From a virus, in the IMG/VR virus record IMGVR_UViG_3300017605_000678, positions 1 to 64,000 of that record: DNA of 64,000 nt. One strand, 5' to 3'. Below, piece after piece: positions 1-8,833 of the stretch. Every line of letters begins with the position of its first letter. Within the stretch, counting starts at the first letter, position 1. Position numbers and translations under genes: made by a program. The notes under the pieces were generated by a model, which saw only the letters and a program-made list of their open reading frames with translations, ran no database searches and had not been told where the DNA came from.

Positions 1-1136
1 CCGCCAATGTTCAGCTCCTGAGTTAGTAGCGTCTGCGCCGCCGTCGGCGCCGTGGTTTGATCGACATAGACGACGCCCATCACAAGATCGCCAACGGCCG
101 AGGTCACGCTGACCGAACTGCTGCTTGCGTTGCCGCTCGAGAACGTGCTCGAACGGATCGGCGTGCGCGGATCCGCGTTGTAAAAACTGTAAGCCGTCAT
201 CCCGATCTCGTCGGTCGTGGCCGAGAACGTGACAACGATGTTGAACGTGCCCGAGGGCGGATCGACCAGGTACCAAATCCCTGTCTGCATGTCTCCGCCC
301 GCGTTGGCCTGGGTCGCGTGCAACGTGAGGGCAACAGAATTGTAAGTGATCCCCGTGATCGTCTTGGCCGGCGCCGCGTTCGAATTGCTCACGATGACCA
401 CGAGCAGCCGCTGGGTTTGTGTGCCCGTCAAGTGCGAGACTGTGAGCGAGGAGGAGGCCGAGCCCTGGGCCGATTCAATCGTCTCCAGTTGAATCCCGGA
501 AATGCTCCATTCAAGCGTTGCGCTGAACTCGACCCAGCCGGAGCCGTCCGTTGTCTGGGTCTCGTCCTCTGGCAGATCGGCCGAGCCACCGCCCCATTTG
601 GCCGCGGCCTCTGGCGTCGTCGCCGATGTGCTGTTGGAATAGCCGATCTCGATCAGCAGCCGGTCGCCGTCCGTGCAAGTGTAACTCGAAAGGGAATCGC
701 CGTCGGCGATCTTTTTGTTCTGGTGCGTCGCGTTGTTGATGAACTCCGCGGTCGTCGTCGCGTTGGCATGCGAGAACAGTGTCGCGCGAACGGTCCCGCC
801 GTCGTTCGAAATCACTTTCACAGCGACCCACAGCTGATCGACGTTGTCGGTCGTGGCGAACTCCCGGGTCATGATTTGCCCCTTGAAAGTGCCGCTGATC
901 GTCTGGCCCCTCAGCGGAGCGGAAATGTATTGGCGATCGAGCGCCTTCTGTCCGGCCGTGGCCGTCCACGGCCCGATCTGGGTGCCAGTCGCGATCGCGA
1001 CATCGTCCTTGACCAGGGACAACTTTCCTCTTGAGGCCTCCGTGGTGTAATTCCAGCCGGCATCAAAGCCGGGCGTCAGAGTCGCCGGCCCAGGGCTGGT
1101 CGGCTGTCGGAGCGGAAAGTATAAGCGGGTGGCCAT
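1..1136 (-). CDS. Putative tail/virion structural protein, truncated by the window edge
   Basis: Not in the ORF track because it runs off the left edge. Manual translation from ATG 1136: MATRLYFPLRQPTSPGPATLTPGFDAGW...; Thr/Ser/Gly-rich, beta-strand-like, downstream of tape measure. Confidence 0.7.
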   Translation of the reverse strand, partial: MATRLYFPLRQPTSPGPATLTPGFDAGWNYTTEASRGKLSLVKDDVAIATGTQIGPWTATAGQKALDRQYISAPLRGQTISGTFKGQIMTREFATTDNVDQLWVAVKVISNDGGTVRATLFSHANATTTAEFINNATHQNKKIADGDSLSSYTCTDGDRLLIEIGYSNSTSATTPEAAAKWGGGSADLPEDETQTTDGSGWVEFSATLEWSISGIQLETIESAQGSASSSLTVSHLTGTQTQRLLVVIVSNSNAAPAKTITGITYNSVALTLHATQANAGGDMQTGIWYLVDPPSGTFNIVVTFSATTDEIGMTAYSFYNADPRTPIRSSTFSSGNASSSSVSVTSAVGDLVMGVVYVDQTTAPTAAQTLLTQELNIG

Positions 1137-1163
1137 GGGCGCGAAGGAGGCCCCATGGCCGAT

Positions 1164-1571
1164 CTACAACTTGAAAATCTTGTTGCTGCCGTTGTCCCAG
1201 GCGATCGTCACGTCGCCGCCGTTCGTCGTCACTGGCAGCCCGGTGCCCGTGTCGAAGAAAGCGATCAAGGGGCTTGTGCCGTCGGCACCGGTGTCCTTGT
1301 AAAGGATCACGTTGCACGTATTGCCAGAGGCAGGCGTGGTGAAAGTGACGTCCGCGGCGTCGAACACGCCGGCCGTGACCGTCTTGGAACCCAGGGCTCC
1401 GGACCGGGCAATGATGTTCGCTCCAGTCAAATCCCCAATGTATTGGTTGGAGTTTGAGAAAGCCTGGGCGGTCTTGAGCAGCGCGATCTTGATCGTGTCC
1501 GTGTCCATGTCGATGGACGGGTTTTGGGAAAGAAACGATTCCCGCGCCTTGTCGTACAGTGAATTGGCCAT
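1164..1571 (-). CDS. Conserved phage minor tail-associated protein
   Basis: MANSLYDKARESFL...DTDTIKIALL...SKTVTAGVFDAADVTF...NGGDVTIAW...IFKL, a pattern common in phage tail regions. Confidence 0.75.
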   Translation of the reverse strand: MANSLYDKARESFLSQNPSIDMDTDTIKIALLKTAQAFSNSNQYIGDLTGANIIARSGALGSKTVTAGVFDAADVTFTTPASGNTCNVILYKDTGADGTSPLIAFFDTGTGLPVTTNGGDVTIAWDNGSNKIFKL

Positions 1572-1680
1572 GGCTTAGTTAGGTTTGATCAATTGTTCAT
1601 GCAACGGGCGTTTCTCTCCAGGAACGCGGACCGATTTCGTTCCGAATAGATTGCAAAGGGCCGCGGAGCACAAGCCAAAA

Positions 1681-2013
1681 CTAAAGCCCAGGCGCCGAGC
1701 GAGGCATGACCGACAGATCTATGTAAGCGCCCGCGCCGAGGCTGATCGTCCAGCCTCGGCGACCGTGGGGCTTGGGATTGTTGGCGTGCGGCCCTTGAAG
1801 TCCGCCGGAGGCCAGGACCAGAGCGGCCACCAGCTCCTCGGGCGGAGCCGCCTCGGCCGCCCACGGAATCGCGACCAAGTCCAGGTCCCGGGCGAGGCTC
1901 CCGTGGACCGTGAGCGCGTAGCCGAGCGGGCGAGCGGCCTCGCGAAGGATGCCGACCAACGTGACGTACACGCCGGGCGCAACGAAATGGATCCGAGCCG
2001 CTCCTTCACTCAT
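1681..2013 (-). CDS. Hypothetical phage protein, possible minimal nucleotidyltransferase fold
   Basis: VHGSLARDLDLVAIPW (GS..DxD) plus YIDLSV; ATGA-coupled to tape measure. Confidence 0.55.
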   Translation of the reverse strand: MSEGAARIHFVAPGVYVTLVGILREAARPLGYALTVHGSLARDLDLVAIPWAAEAAPPEELVAALVLASGGLQGPHANNPKPHGRRGWTISLGAGAYIDLSVMPRSAPGL

Positions 2014-4622
2014 TGCACGCCCAGGATCCGACGGACCGCCGTGCGCCGCTGGCCGATCGCGTTGACGATCGCATTAGGGTTGCGAAGCATGCGCTCGTAA
2101 ATTTCCTCATCCGAAAGGCCGTTGAGGATCTCGATCTTCTGCTGCGCCGGCCGGCCCTTGCCCAGCGCCTTGCCCAGGGAATCCAGCTGCTCCGGGGTAA
2201 AGATCACTTCGCCGCGCCGCGCGTTGACCAGGACGTCCTCGCCCACGAGCCCGCCCGCGTGGAACCGCGGCAGGCTGCCCACCACGCCGCCGGCGTGACC
2301 GCGGCCGATCCCGATCGCCACGCCGCTCGTCGTGGCAGTCGTGCCCCCGCCGCCGAACAGGCCACCCAGGCTGCTGAGGATCGAGCGCACGATCAATTGT
2401 TGAACAGCGATCCGCACGAGGTCGGCCACAATGGACCGCGCCATGTCCGCGAAGGCTTGGCTGGCGCTCTTCGTGCCAGTGATCATCGCCGTGAAAGCGT
2501 CCGTGAAACCGCGGTCGAGCGCGTCCATCACTTGCGCGCCCCCGGCCGCGACCCGCTCCTGGAAAGAGCCGTAAGACTTTGCTTGCCGGCTCAAGCCCTC
2601 CTCGAACGCCTCGGCGATCGTGGCGGAGTTTGCGGCCAGCCTCCGGGTCATCTCGCCGTTCAGGTCGATTATCTTTTGGGACAGCTCCTGATACTTGCGC
2701 GCGTCGCTCTCCGTGAGCAGCGCCTTTTCGGAGGCCTCGCGTTGCTCGCGCAGATCGGCAATCGACAGGCCGGCAAAGCCGCCGCGATTGCGCGGGTCGC
2801 GCGCCTCACTCAGTAGCTTGTCTCGGCGCGAAATCAATTGATCGTAGGTCACGGCCAGATCGTTGCCAGCCTCGGACAGCTCGATCAGCACGTTCGTCTG
2901 CTCTTTGAAGTCGTCGTTAATCTTCTCGATCTGTCCGGTGGCCGTGTCGCCGTAAGCGTATTGAATCAATTCCTGTTTCGACTTCGTCAGCCTCTCTTGC
3001 TCCTTCACCAGTCTGGAAGTGATGTCGATCTGCTCTTTCATTGCCAGATGTTCAAGCGCCCGATCCCGAGCCGCTCTGGCCGCGTCGAGCGGGCCGCCCT
3101 GGGCGTTGATCTGCGATAGTTTTGCGGCGTCTTTGGTCGGATCGAAGAGCCGAAGCATCTTGTTTATACCGTCAACCTCCTTTTGAAAGTTTGACTCGAT
3201 CAACGCCTTTTCCCGCTCGAGGCCCTCTTGCGATTCCGCGTTGTACTTCTGGCGCAGCTCGATCAGCCGGGTCAGCGCGTTTTCTTGCGCCTCGGTCGCC
3301 GCCCGCTCCGTCTGCGGCGTCATGCTTTTAGTCATCGCGTCCTGAAAGGTCAGCAACCGGTTGTTCTGGGCCACACTCTCCGCCTGCATGCGCTGGTAGG
3401 TCCGCACGACGTCGATCTGTCCGCCGGCGCCCATGTCCTCGGCAAAGAATCCGGCCGAGCGCCGAGCATTTGGAAACCGCTGATTCAGGAAAGCGCCCGG
3501 GCTCGCATTGGCCTCCGGGTGCTGCTGGAAAAAGTTGGATTCCTCCGTGAGAATCCGCGCCGTCTCGCCGATCTCTTTCAGCTTGTCCACGCCCGCCTTG
3601 ATCTCCGGCGCCTTGCCGATCTCGGCCATGAATCCGGACCATGCCGTTTTCATCCGGTTGACATGACTTTCCAGGTTGTCGGCCGCCTCGGCCATGGCGC
3701 CCCCAAACGTGTTGGCCAGCTCGGCGCTAAACTTCAGGATGAACTCGTCGGCCGGCATGAGCCCTTCATGCACGAGCCGGTGGAACTCCTGGGTCGTCAA
3801 GCCCATGGCCCGCGAAGCGATCTCGAGACCTCCGGGAACCTGCATGAGCACTTGGCGCAGCTGGCGCATCTGAACGACCCCAAGGCTGGCCATTTCCTGG
3901 AAGTCGTAAAGGATCCGGCCCGTGGCCGCGCTCGACAGCCCGAGCGCCTTCGTTGCGATCGAGATCTCCGTGAACACGTCGCGCGCTTCTTTGAACGTGA
4001 ACCCGCTTTGCGTGAAGGCCGCCTCGATCTTTATGAACTCGCCGATCGTCTCCCGGAAGTTGAGCCCGAGCCGATCGACCTCTTTGGCGAAAAAGTCCGC
4101 CTCGACGCGGGCCGCCTCCCACGAGCCGGTGATCGCACGAAGGCCAAAGTCGAGCCGATCGAACTCAATTCGCAGTCGGACAACCTCTTCCGTGAGTCGG
4201 AGAGCCTGCCGGAACGTGATGATCGCGATCGCCGCCTTTAGCACGCGGTCGGCGAGATTGGTCATTTGGCCGGCCGCCCCGGCCGCCGCCCCGCCCAGGC
4301 CGCCGCCAGCCCCACCGCCTCCACTTCCCCCGCCGCCCCCGCCGGACGCGCCTCCGCCCCCGCCAAGCGCAGCGCTGGCCGTTCTGGTCGCCGTCGCCAG
4401 GGCGGTCATCTGGGGCGTGACCTTGGCAAGGGCGCCGCTCAACTGTCCGAGGGCCGCGGGCGCGTTGCCCACGCTGGCCGTGATCGTGCCCAATGCCCGG
4501 TTGGCGTCGTTGGAGGCCGTCTGCGCCGCCGGCGGGATCTTCTTCAGCTCTTCGGCCACGCTCCGGATCTCTTTGCGTGCCGCTTCTCCTTCGATCTCCA
4601 GCTGAAGTCTAGCGTTTGGCAT
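2010..4622 (-). CDS. Tail tape measure protein
   Basis: 870 aa, helical, Ala/Gly-rich, tape-measure domain region, C-terminal FHAGG motif; follows tail chaperone and neck gene. Confidence 0.92.
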   Translation of the reverse strand: MPNARLQLEIEGEAARKEIRSVAEELKKIPPAAQTASNDANRALGTITASVGNAPAALGQLSGALAKVTPQMTALATATRTASAALGGGGGASGGGGGGSGGGGAGGGLGGAAAGAAGQMTNLADRVLKAAIAIITFRQALRLTEEVVRLRIEFDRLDFGLRAITGSWEAARVEADFFAKEVDRLGLNFRETIGEFIKIEAAFTQSGFTFKEARDVFTEISIATKALGLSSAATGRILYDFQEMASLGVVQMRQLRQVLMQVPGGLEIASRAMGLTTQEFHRLVHEGLMPADEFILKFSAELANTFGGAMAEAADNLESHVNRMKTAWSGFMAEIGKAPEIKAGVDKLKEIGETARILTEESNFFQQHPEANASPGAFLNQRFPNARRSAGFFAEDMGAGGQIDVVRTYQRMQAESVAQNNRLLTFQDAMTKSMTPQTERAATEAQENALTRLIELRQKYNAESQEGLEREKALIESNFQKEVDGINKMLRLFDPTKDAAKLSQINAQGGPLDAARAARDRALEHLAMKEQIDITSRLVKEQERLTKSKQELIQYAYGDTATGQIEKINDDFKEQTNVLIELSEAGNDLAVTYDQLISRRDKLLSEARDPRNRGGFAGLSIADLREQREASEKALLTESDARKYQELSQKIIDLNGEMTRRLAANSATIAEAFEEGLSRQAKSYGSFQERVAAGGAQVMDALDRGFTDAFTAMITGTKSASQAFADMARSIVADLVRIAVQQLIVRSILSSLGGLFGGGGTTATTSGVAIGIGRGHAGGVVGSLPRFHAGGLVGEDVLVNARRGEVIFTPEQLDSLGKALGKGRPAQQKIEILNGLSDEEIYERMLRNPNAIVNAIGQRRTAVRRILGVQ

Positions 4623-4634
4623 AGGCGGATCTTT

Positions 4635-5096
4635 TTAAAAGCCCCCGTTGGCTTTGGCAATGGCGCGAGCAGCGATTGACTCGACCGCCGCGACCGTCGC
4701 TTCGAAGAAGGCCGGCGGCGCCTGCCGGCTGGACCCGGCGTTCAGCTGTTCGATGTAGTCCAGATCGTTGGAAACAAAAACGCTGCCCCGGCCGGGCTCG
4801 GCCTCGAACGCCAGGGCGCGCGCTTCGTACTGCTGGTAGTAGGCTCGGGCGCCTTCCAGCTCGGCCTCGGTGGCAAGCCAATAGCGCTCTCCCAGGATCT
4901 GCGGCGGAACGGACAGGTCCGGGGCGCCCTGGGCAATGTTCCATGAGGCAGCGGCCCGACCGCTCCGTAGCGGCGTGACCTCCTGCAGCCGGACCGTAAT
5001 GTCGAGGGCGATCTTCGTTAGCACGACGTCGAGATGCTCCTCGAGCGCGCGCGCGAATAGGTCCACGTCCGAGTTGAATTTAAGATTGCTCGTCAT
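4635..5096 (-). CDS. HK97 gp10-like neck/tail completion protein
   Basis: TPLRSGRAAASWN and SNDLDYIEQLNAGSSRQAP motifs. Confidence 0.8.
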   Translation of the reverse strand: MTSNLKFNSDVDLFARALEEHLDVVLTKIALDITVRLQEVTPLRSGRAAASWNIAQGAPDLSVPPQILGERYWLATEAELEGARAYYQQYEARALAFEAEPGRGSVFVSNDLDYIEQLNAGSSRQAPPAFFEATVAAVESIAARAIAKANGGF

Positions 5097-5425
5097 CCTG
5101 CTCCGCCGTTCGCCGCGTTCGCTTTCTTGCTGGCGTGCTCAAGGTAATGGCTGTCCAGGTCTTTTACCACGCTGATCAGCTCCTCCGGATCGGGGTATCC
5201 GAACATGAGCAAGTAAACTCTGATCTCCGACAGCGGGATCGGCGAGGGCCCAAAGCCCGAGGGCCGGCACTTGTTCAGCAGCACGTAAGCGCGCCAGCAA
5301 AACTCCCAGCGGTCCGGGACGATCGGTTCCTCGCGCAGCGCCGGAACGATCGTGCCCTCGGCGGCCAGCTGCCGGAACCAATTGAGCGCTTCGCCGTAGC
5401 GAAGGTGGAAGTCTAACTTTTTTTT
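5093..5425 (-). CDS. Tail assembly chaperone C-terminal extension (gpGT-like), reached by -1 frameshift
   Basis: -1 frame from the A8 run is open: KKKLDFHLRYGEALNWFRQ...WRAYVLLNKCRPSGFGPSPIPLSEI...; joins track ORF 5093..5284. Confidence 0.8.
   Translation of the reverse strand, partial: KKKLDFHLRYGEALNWFRQLAAEGTIVPALREEPIVPDRWEFCWRAYVLLNKCRPSGFGPSPIPLSEIRVYLLMFGYPDPEELISVVKDLDSHYLEHASKKANAANGGAG
5389..5425 (-). promoter_or_regulatory. Programmed -1 ribosomal frameshift site
   Basis: CTA AAA AAA AGT TAG at the end of the chaperone gene, followed by stem-loop CTTCGC-TACG-GCGAAG (5404-5389). Confidence 0.8.
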
Positions 5426-5829
5426 AGCACGTCGGCCCCGTCGCGGATCACGCGCGCCCGGTAAACGCTTTCCTTCTGCGCGAAGTCGATGATCCGTTTG
5501 CGCAGGAAATCCGCTTGCAGCAGCTCGAGCGCTTTCTCGGCCGAGTACGGGACCGGCTTGCCGGCCTCTTCCAGGCCGTCCCAGCCCACGAGGATGGTCT
5601 TGGCCATCACTTCGTCGAGCATGGCGCGGTCCTCCTCGGGCTTCATTTCGCCAAGCGCGATCCTGCGCTGGACGTCCGGCTGCGAGGTAACCCTCTGGAG
5701 TTCCGAGAAGTATTTCGGATTGCCCCAGAGGGCGACCTTCAGCTTGACCTCGCCCAGATCGAGCACTGCCCCTTGTGTTACGAGCACGGGATCGGCAGTG
5801 TGCTCGGCCTTGAATTTCGCGAAGTCCAT
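5413..5829 (-). CDS. Tail assembly chaperone (gpG-like)
   Basis: TILVGWDGLEEAGKPVPYSAEKALELL; between tube and tape measure. Confidence 0.85.
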   Translation of the reverse strand: MDFAKFKAEHTADPVLVTQGAVLDLGEVKLKVALWGNPKYFSELQRVTSQPDVQRRIALGEMKPEEDRAMLDEVMAKTILVGWDGLEEAGKPVPYSAEKALELLQADFLRKRIIDFAQKESVYRARVIRDGADVLKKS

Positions 5830-5869
5830 AGTTTCTCCAGCTTGCTAGCGTTTTTGACTGCTTCGCTCC

Positions 5870-6400
5870 TTACGTGGTCGGAGCGGGCTCGGCCGCGCCC
5901 GGCTCGGCCGGAGTCGGAGTCGCCACCGGTGTGATCGGCTCTTCGTCGCTCACGTCGATCCCCAGGCTGTCAGCCTCCGGATCTTTGACGTGCACGAGAA
6001 CGGGCACCACGATCTCCACGACGTCCGGTCCCTTTCGCTTGTCGGCGAAGATCTCGAAATTCGTATCGCCCACGTCGCCGGTACCGAACACCCAGACGGA
6101 GAGCGGGTCGCCTTCGACGGCCGCGCCCGTGGCGCCTGAGTTGATGGTGCCGGCTTGGCGGATGTCAACGATACTGTCCAGCTCGACCGGAGCGCCCTTG
6201 GCTGTCGGGTGCGCACTGATCTTGCGTTTGAATCCCTTGGTTACTTCGATCTGTAGTCCTGGCATAGGAGGGTCTTTCTGCATTGCCACTTCCGACCCCA
6301 CCAACAGATGGAGCAGAACCGGCGGGTTTTTGTCTTCGTTGTCGGAACAGCCGAGCAGGCGACAGAGCCAGCTCGGTTTCTTTGGCTCGGAACGAGGCAT
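5870..6400 (-). CDS. Hypothetical protein, possible Ig-like tail accessory protein (start uncertain)
   Basis: Beta-rich core with Pro/Thr tail; position between tube and chaperone. Confidence 0.5.
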   Translation of the reverse strand: MPRSEPKKPSWLCRLLGCSDNEDKNPPVLLHLLVGSEVAMQKDPPMPGLQIEVTKGFKRKISAHPTAKGAPVELDSIVDIRQAGTINSGATGAAVEGDPLSVWVFGTGDVGDTNFEIFADKRKGPDVVEIVVPVLVHVKDPEADSLGIDVSDEEPITPVATPTPAEPGAAEPAPTT

Positions 6401-6411
6401 GACCGGGCTTG

Positions 6412-7956
6412 TTAGGCCATCATGTCGATTTGAGCCTGGAACGTCGATCCGTCCGGGCCCGTTCCGCGCTTGGCTTGGTACTCGAGCGGCAGCATAACGT
6501 CCGTGTTGATCCCCTGGACGCTCGGACTACCGCTCGAAAATTGCACGCTCGGATAAAACACGTTGATGTAGCGGCCGCCCGTGTCAATCATGGTCAGCTC
6601 GACGCTCTGCGCGACGTGCTGCAGGAAGGCGTCGAGTGTGCTCTTCTCCGTGAAATAGGTCTCCATGGCGCCCGTGATCTCGGCGAGCCCGCTGCCGTGC
6701 TGGATCGTGCCCTCGCGCGCAATGGCCGGCCGCTCGCGCAGATTGTTCTTGAGCGCCATTGTCCAGCGCCGGAACAGGCTCGGAGGTTTGGCCCCATTGA
6801 TCAGCAAGTTGCCCACGTTCGCGGTCGTGTTGTAGATCGGGTTCGAACTGGGCGCATTGATGGCGTTGGCAACCGTGTCCGTGCGCGTCGGCGTGATCGC
6901 CCCGTAGGCCAGCCAACCGAATTGGATCATTGCCTTGGCGCGCGATTCAAGAGTCAAAGTCATCGTGTCAACGGCGCAGCCCAGGAGCGCGATCACGGTC
7001 GCCGCCTCCACGTCCTCCTGTTCAATGATGAACGAGGAATACGTTGCCCCCTGCCGAACGTAGTTGACCGACACAATGGCCGAGACGCCGCTTTCCGCCA
7101 CGAAGGCCGAGCCGTCGAGGTTGACCACCGTAAACGTGTTTCCACTCTGTGCGATCACGCGCTTGATCCCATTGTTGACCGCGTTTACGAATCCGGAAAC
7201 TTTGATCAGCTTGCCCCCGCTCATGCCGGCCAGGAGCCCGGTCGTTTTCGTGTAAACGCCGCCCGTGGTCACGCCCCAGGTACCGGAATCGCTCAGGGAA
7301 ACGACTGGCCCTTGCATGGCCGCGGCAATGAAAGGCTGCAGGTCGCCGTAGTGCAGCTCGTGCGTCGTGTCGCCGCTCCCGCTGATCCCGACCTTGACCA
7401 GATCCTGGACAACGCGATCGGCTCGGATCTCTTCGCTCTGAACCGTGACCTTGTTGTGGCGCAGACCGGAGGAGTTGAAGCGTAGCTCCGTAGCAGCCGT
7501 GTAAAAGCCGGCCGCGCCCCCGGTCAGGTTGCCAGTGGATCCGCTGCTCAGGCCGCTCAGCGTGACCGCCGTCGAGGCCTTGGCCAGCGGCAGCGAATTG
7601 CCGACCGTGCCATGCAGCCGCGCCGTGAGCGTCACGGCGGCGCCGTTGACCGACGCAATCACGTCCACGTTGCGGGTCGTCGCGCCAAAGAAGGCCGTGC
7701 CGAGCGTGCTCTGACTGGCGTTGATCGCGTCGGCAAAGTTTTGAGCGGTCGCAGCAGCCGTGGCGCCGATCTTCACGTCGCGAGCCGCGGCAAGTGTGTT
7801 TTGGAGCGTGTAAACGACACTGTTGACCGTGATCGTGTCGGCGGCCGTGCCCGTGCCCGTGAAAGTGGCGACGCCGGTCGCGTAGGCTCCGCCTGGGTCG
7901 AGGGAAAAGGTCGCCTCTTGAATGTATCGCAGCTTGGTCTTGTTTGCGTCGCCCAT
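6412..7956 (-). CDS. Major tail tube protein with inserted N-terminal domain
   Basis: KLRYIQEATF...ELRFNSSGL...VQSEEIRADR and EITGAMETYF signatures of siphovirus tail tube proteins. Confidence 0.85.
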   Translation of the reverse strand: MGDANKTKLRYIQEATFSLDPGGAYATGVATFTGTGTAADTITVNSVVYTLQNTLAAARDVKIGATAAATAQNFADAINASQSTLGTAFFGATTRNVDVIASVNGAAVTLTARLHGTVGNSLPLAKASTAVTLSGLSSGSTGNLTGGAAGFYTAATELRFNSSGLRHNKVTVQSEEIRADRVVQDLVKVGISGSGDTTHELHYGDLQPFIAAAMQGPVVSLSDSGTWGVTTGGVYTKTTGLLAGMSGGKLIKVSGFVNAVNNGIKRVIAQSGNTFTVVNLDGSAFVAESGVSAIVSVNYVRQGATYSSFIIEQEDVEAATVIALLGCAVDTMTLTLESRAKAMIQFGWLAYGAITPTRTDTVANAINAPSSNPIYNTTANVGNLLINGAKPPSLFRRWTMALKNNLRERPAIAREGTIQHGSGLAEITGAMETYFTEKSTLDAFLQHVAQSVELTMIDTGGRYINVFYPSVQFSSGSPSVQGINTDVMLPLEYQAKRGTGPDGSTFQAQIDMMA

Positions 7957-7996
7957 AGTGTTTTGAGAGTAAGCGCACTCGTCTGCGCGTTGTCAA

Positions 7997-8416
7997 CTAC
8001 TGCAAAGCGTCGACCTGAAACGGAACGGACACGTTCTGCATCAAGGTCGACGACGTGAGGATGGCTGGCCCGTTGGATGAACTCCGGAAAACGAAGTCCA
8101 GCCCCTCGGGGCTCCGAAACGAAACCATCCGAAAGATCGCCGCGGCAAAGTCCAAGTGCCCGGCCAGGACCGCGGTCCCGGAAGTCACCGGCACAAAGGC
8201 TTGCACGACGACCAAGCCGTCGTGCCGCTCCAGCCGGAAGCCAGGAGGCCCCAGGCCGATTTGCCCGCCAATGGAACCGGCCAGCCCCAGGCGAACCCAG
8301 GCGCCCGAAGCGGGCTGCGCAAAAGGGACATTCAGATAATCGACCGGGGTCCGGTTCGCCCAGGCGCTTTGAAAGCGGCTCTCCACTGCTTTCCTTACTG
8401 CCGAGTAAATGTCCAT
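7997..8416 (-). CDS. Tail terminator-like protein (DUF4128-like)
   Basis: VDYLNVPF...WVRL...GLVVVQAFVP..SG; position before tube. Confidence 0.75.
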   Translation of the reverse strand: MDIYSAVRKAVESRFQSAWANRTPVDYLNVPFAQPASGAWVRLGLAGSIGGQIGLGPPGFRLERHDGLVVVQAFVPVTSGTAVLAGHLDFAAAIFRMVSFRSPEGLDFVFRSSSNGPAILTSSTLMQNVSVPFQVDALQ

Positions 8417-8452
8417 TTGGTTAGTAAGGCAGCGCCCCCGCGCCCGCGGGCA

Positions 8453-8833
8453 TCACGTACGCGCCCGGCCGCGCAAAATCCAGACGTTGTCCGTTGGCTC
8501 CTGCTGGATCAGCTCCAGGTCCCAGCGCACGCCGGCGGCGTCCGTGTAGTAATCGTCTCGGCCGGGCCGCGTCGGAACGTCGGTCGTGCGCAGGATGATC
8601 TTTTTGTCCCCGGACTTCACGAGGTCGCCGCGGCCCTGCATTTCCTCTTCCGTGAACAGGCAGAAGAGCGCGGTCGCCGGCCCCGCCGTGTCCGTCGCTC
8701 CGGTCGAGCCCGTGCTGGCGTTGTAAGATCCGGCGCCGACGCGGTGATACTGGCCGGCGTCTGAGATCTGCCCGAACAGATTGTAGATCGTTCCGACGGC
8801 GTTTTTGACGATCCCTTTTAGGTCGAGTGCCAT
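8453..8833 (-). CDS. Head closure / head-tail joining protein
   Basis: AGSYNASTGS...LVKSGDKKII; synteny. Confidence 0.72.
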   Translation of the reverse strand: MALDLKGIVKNAVGTIYNLFGQISDAGQYHRVGAGSYNASTGSTGATDTAGPATALFCLFTEEEMQGRGDLVKSGDKKIILRTTDVPTRPGRDDYYTDAAGVRWDLELIQQEPTDNVWILRGRART

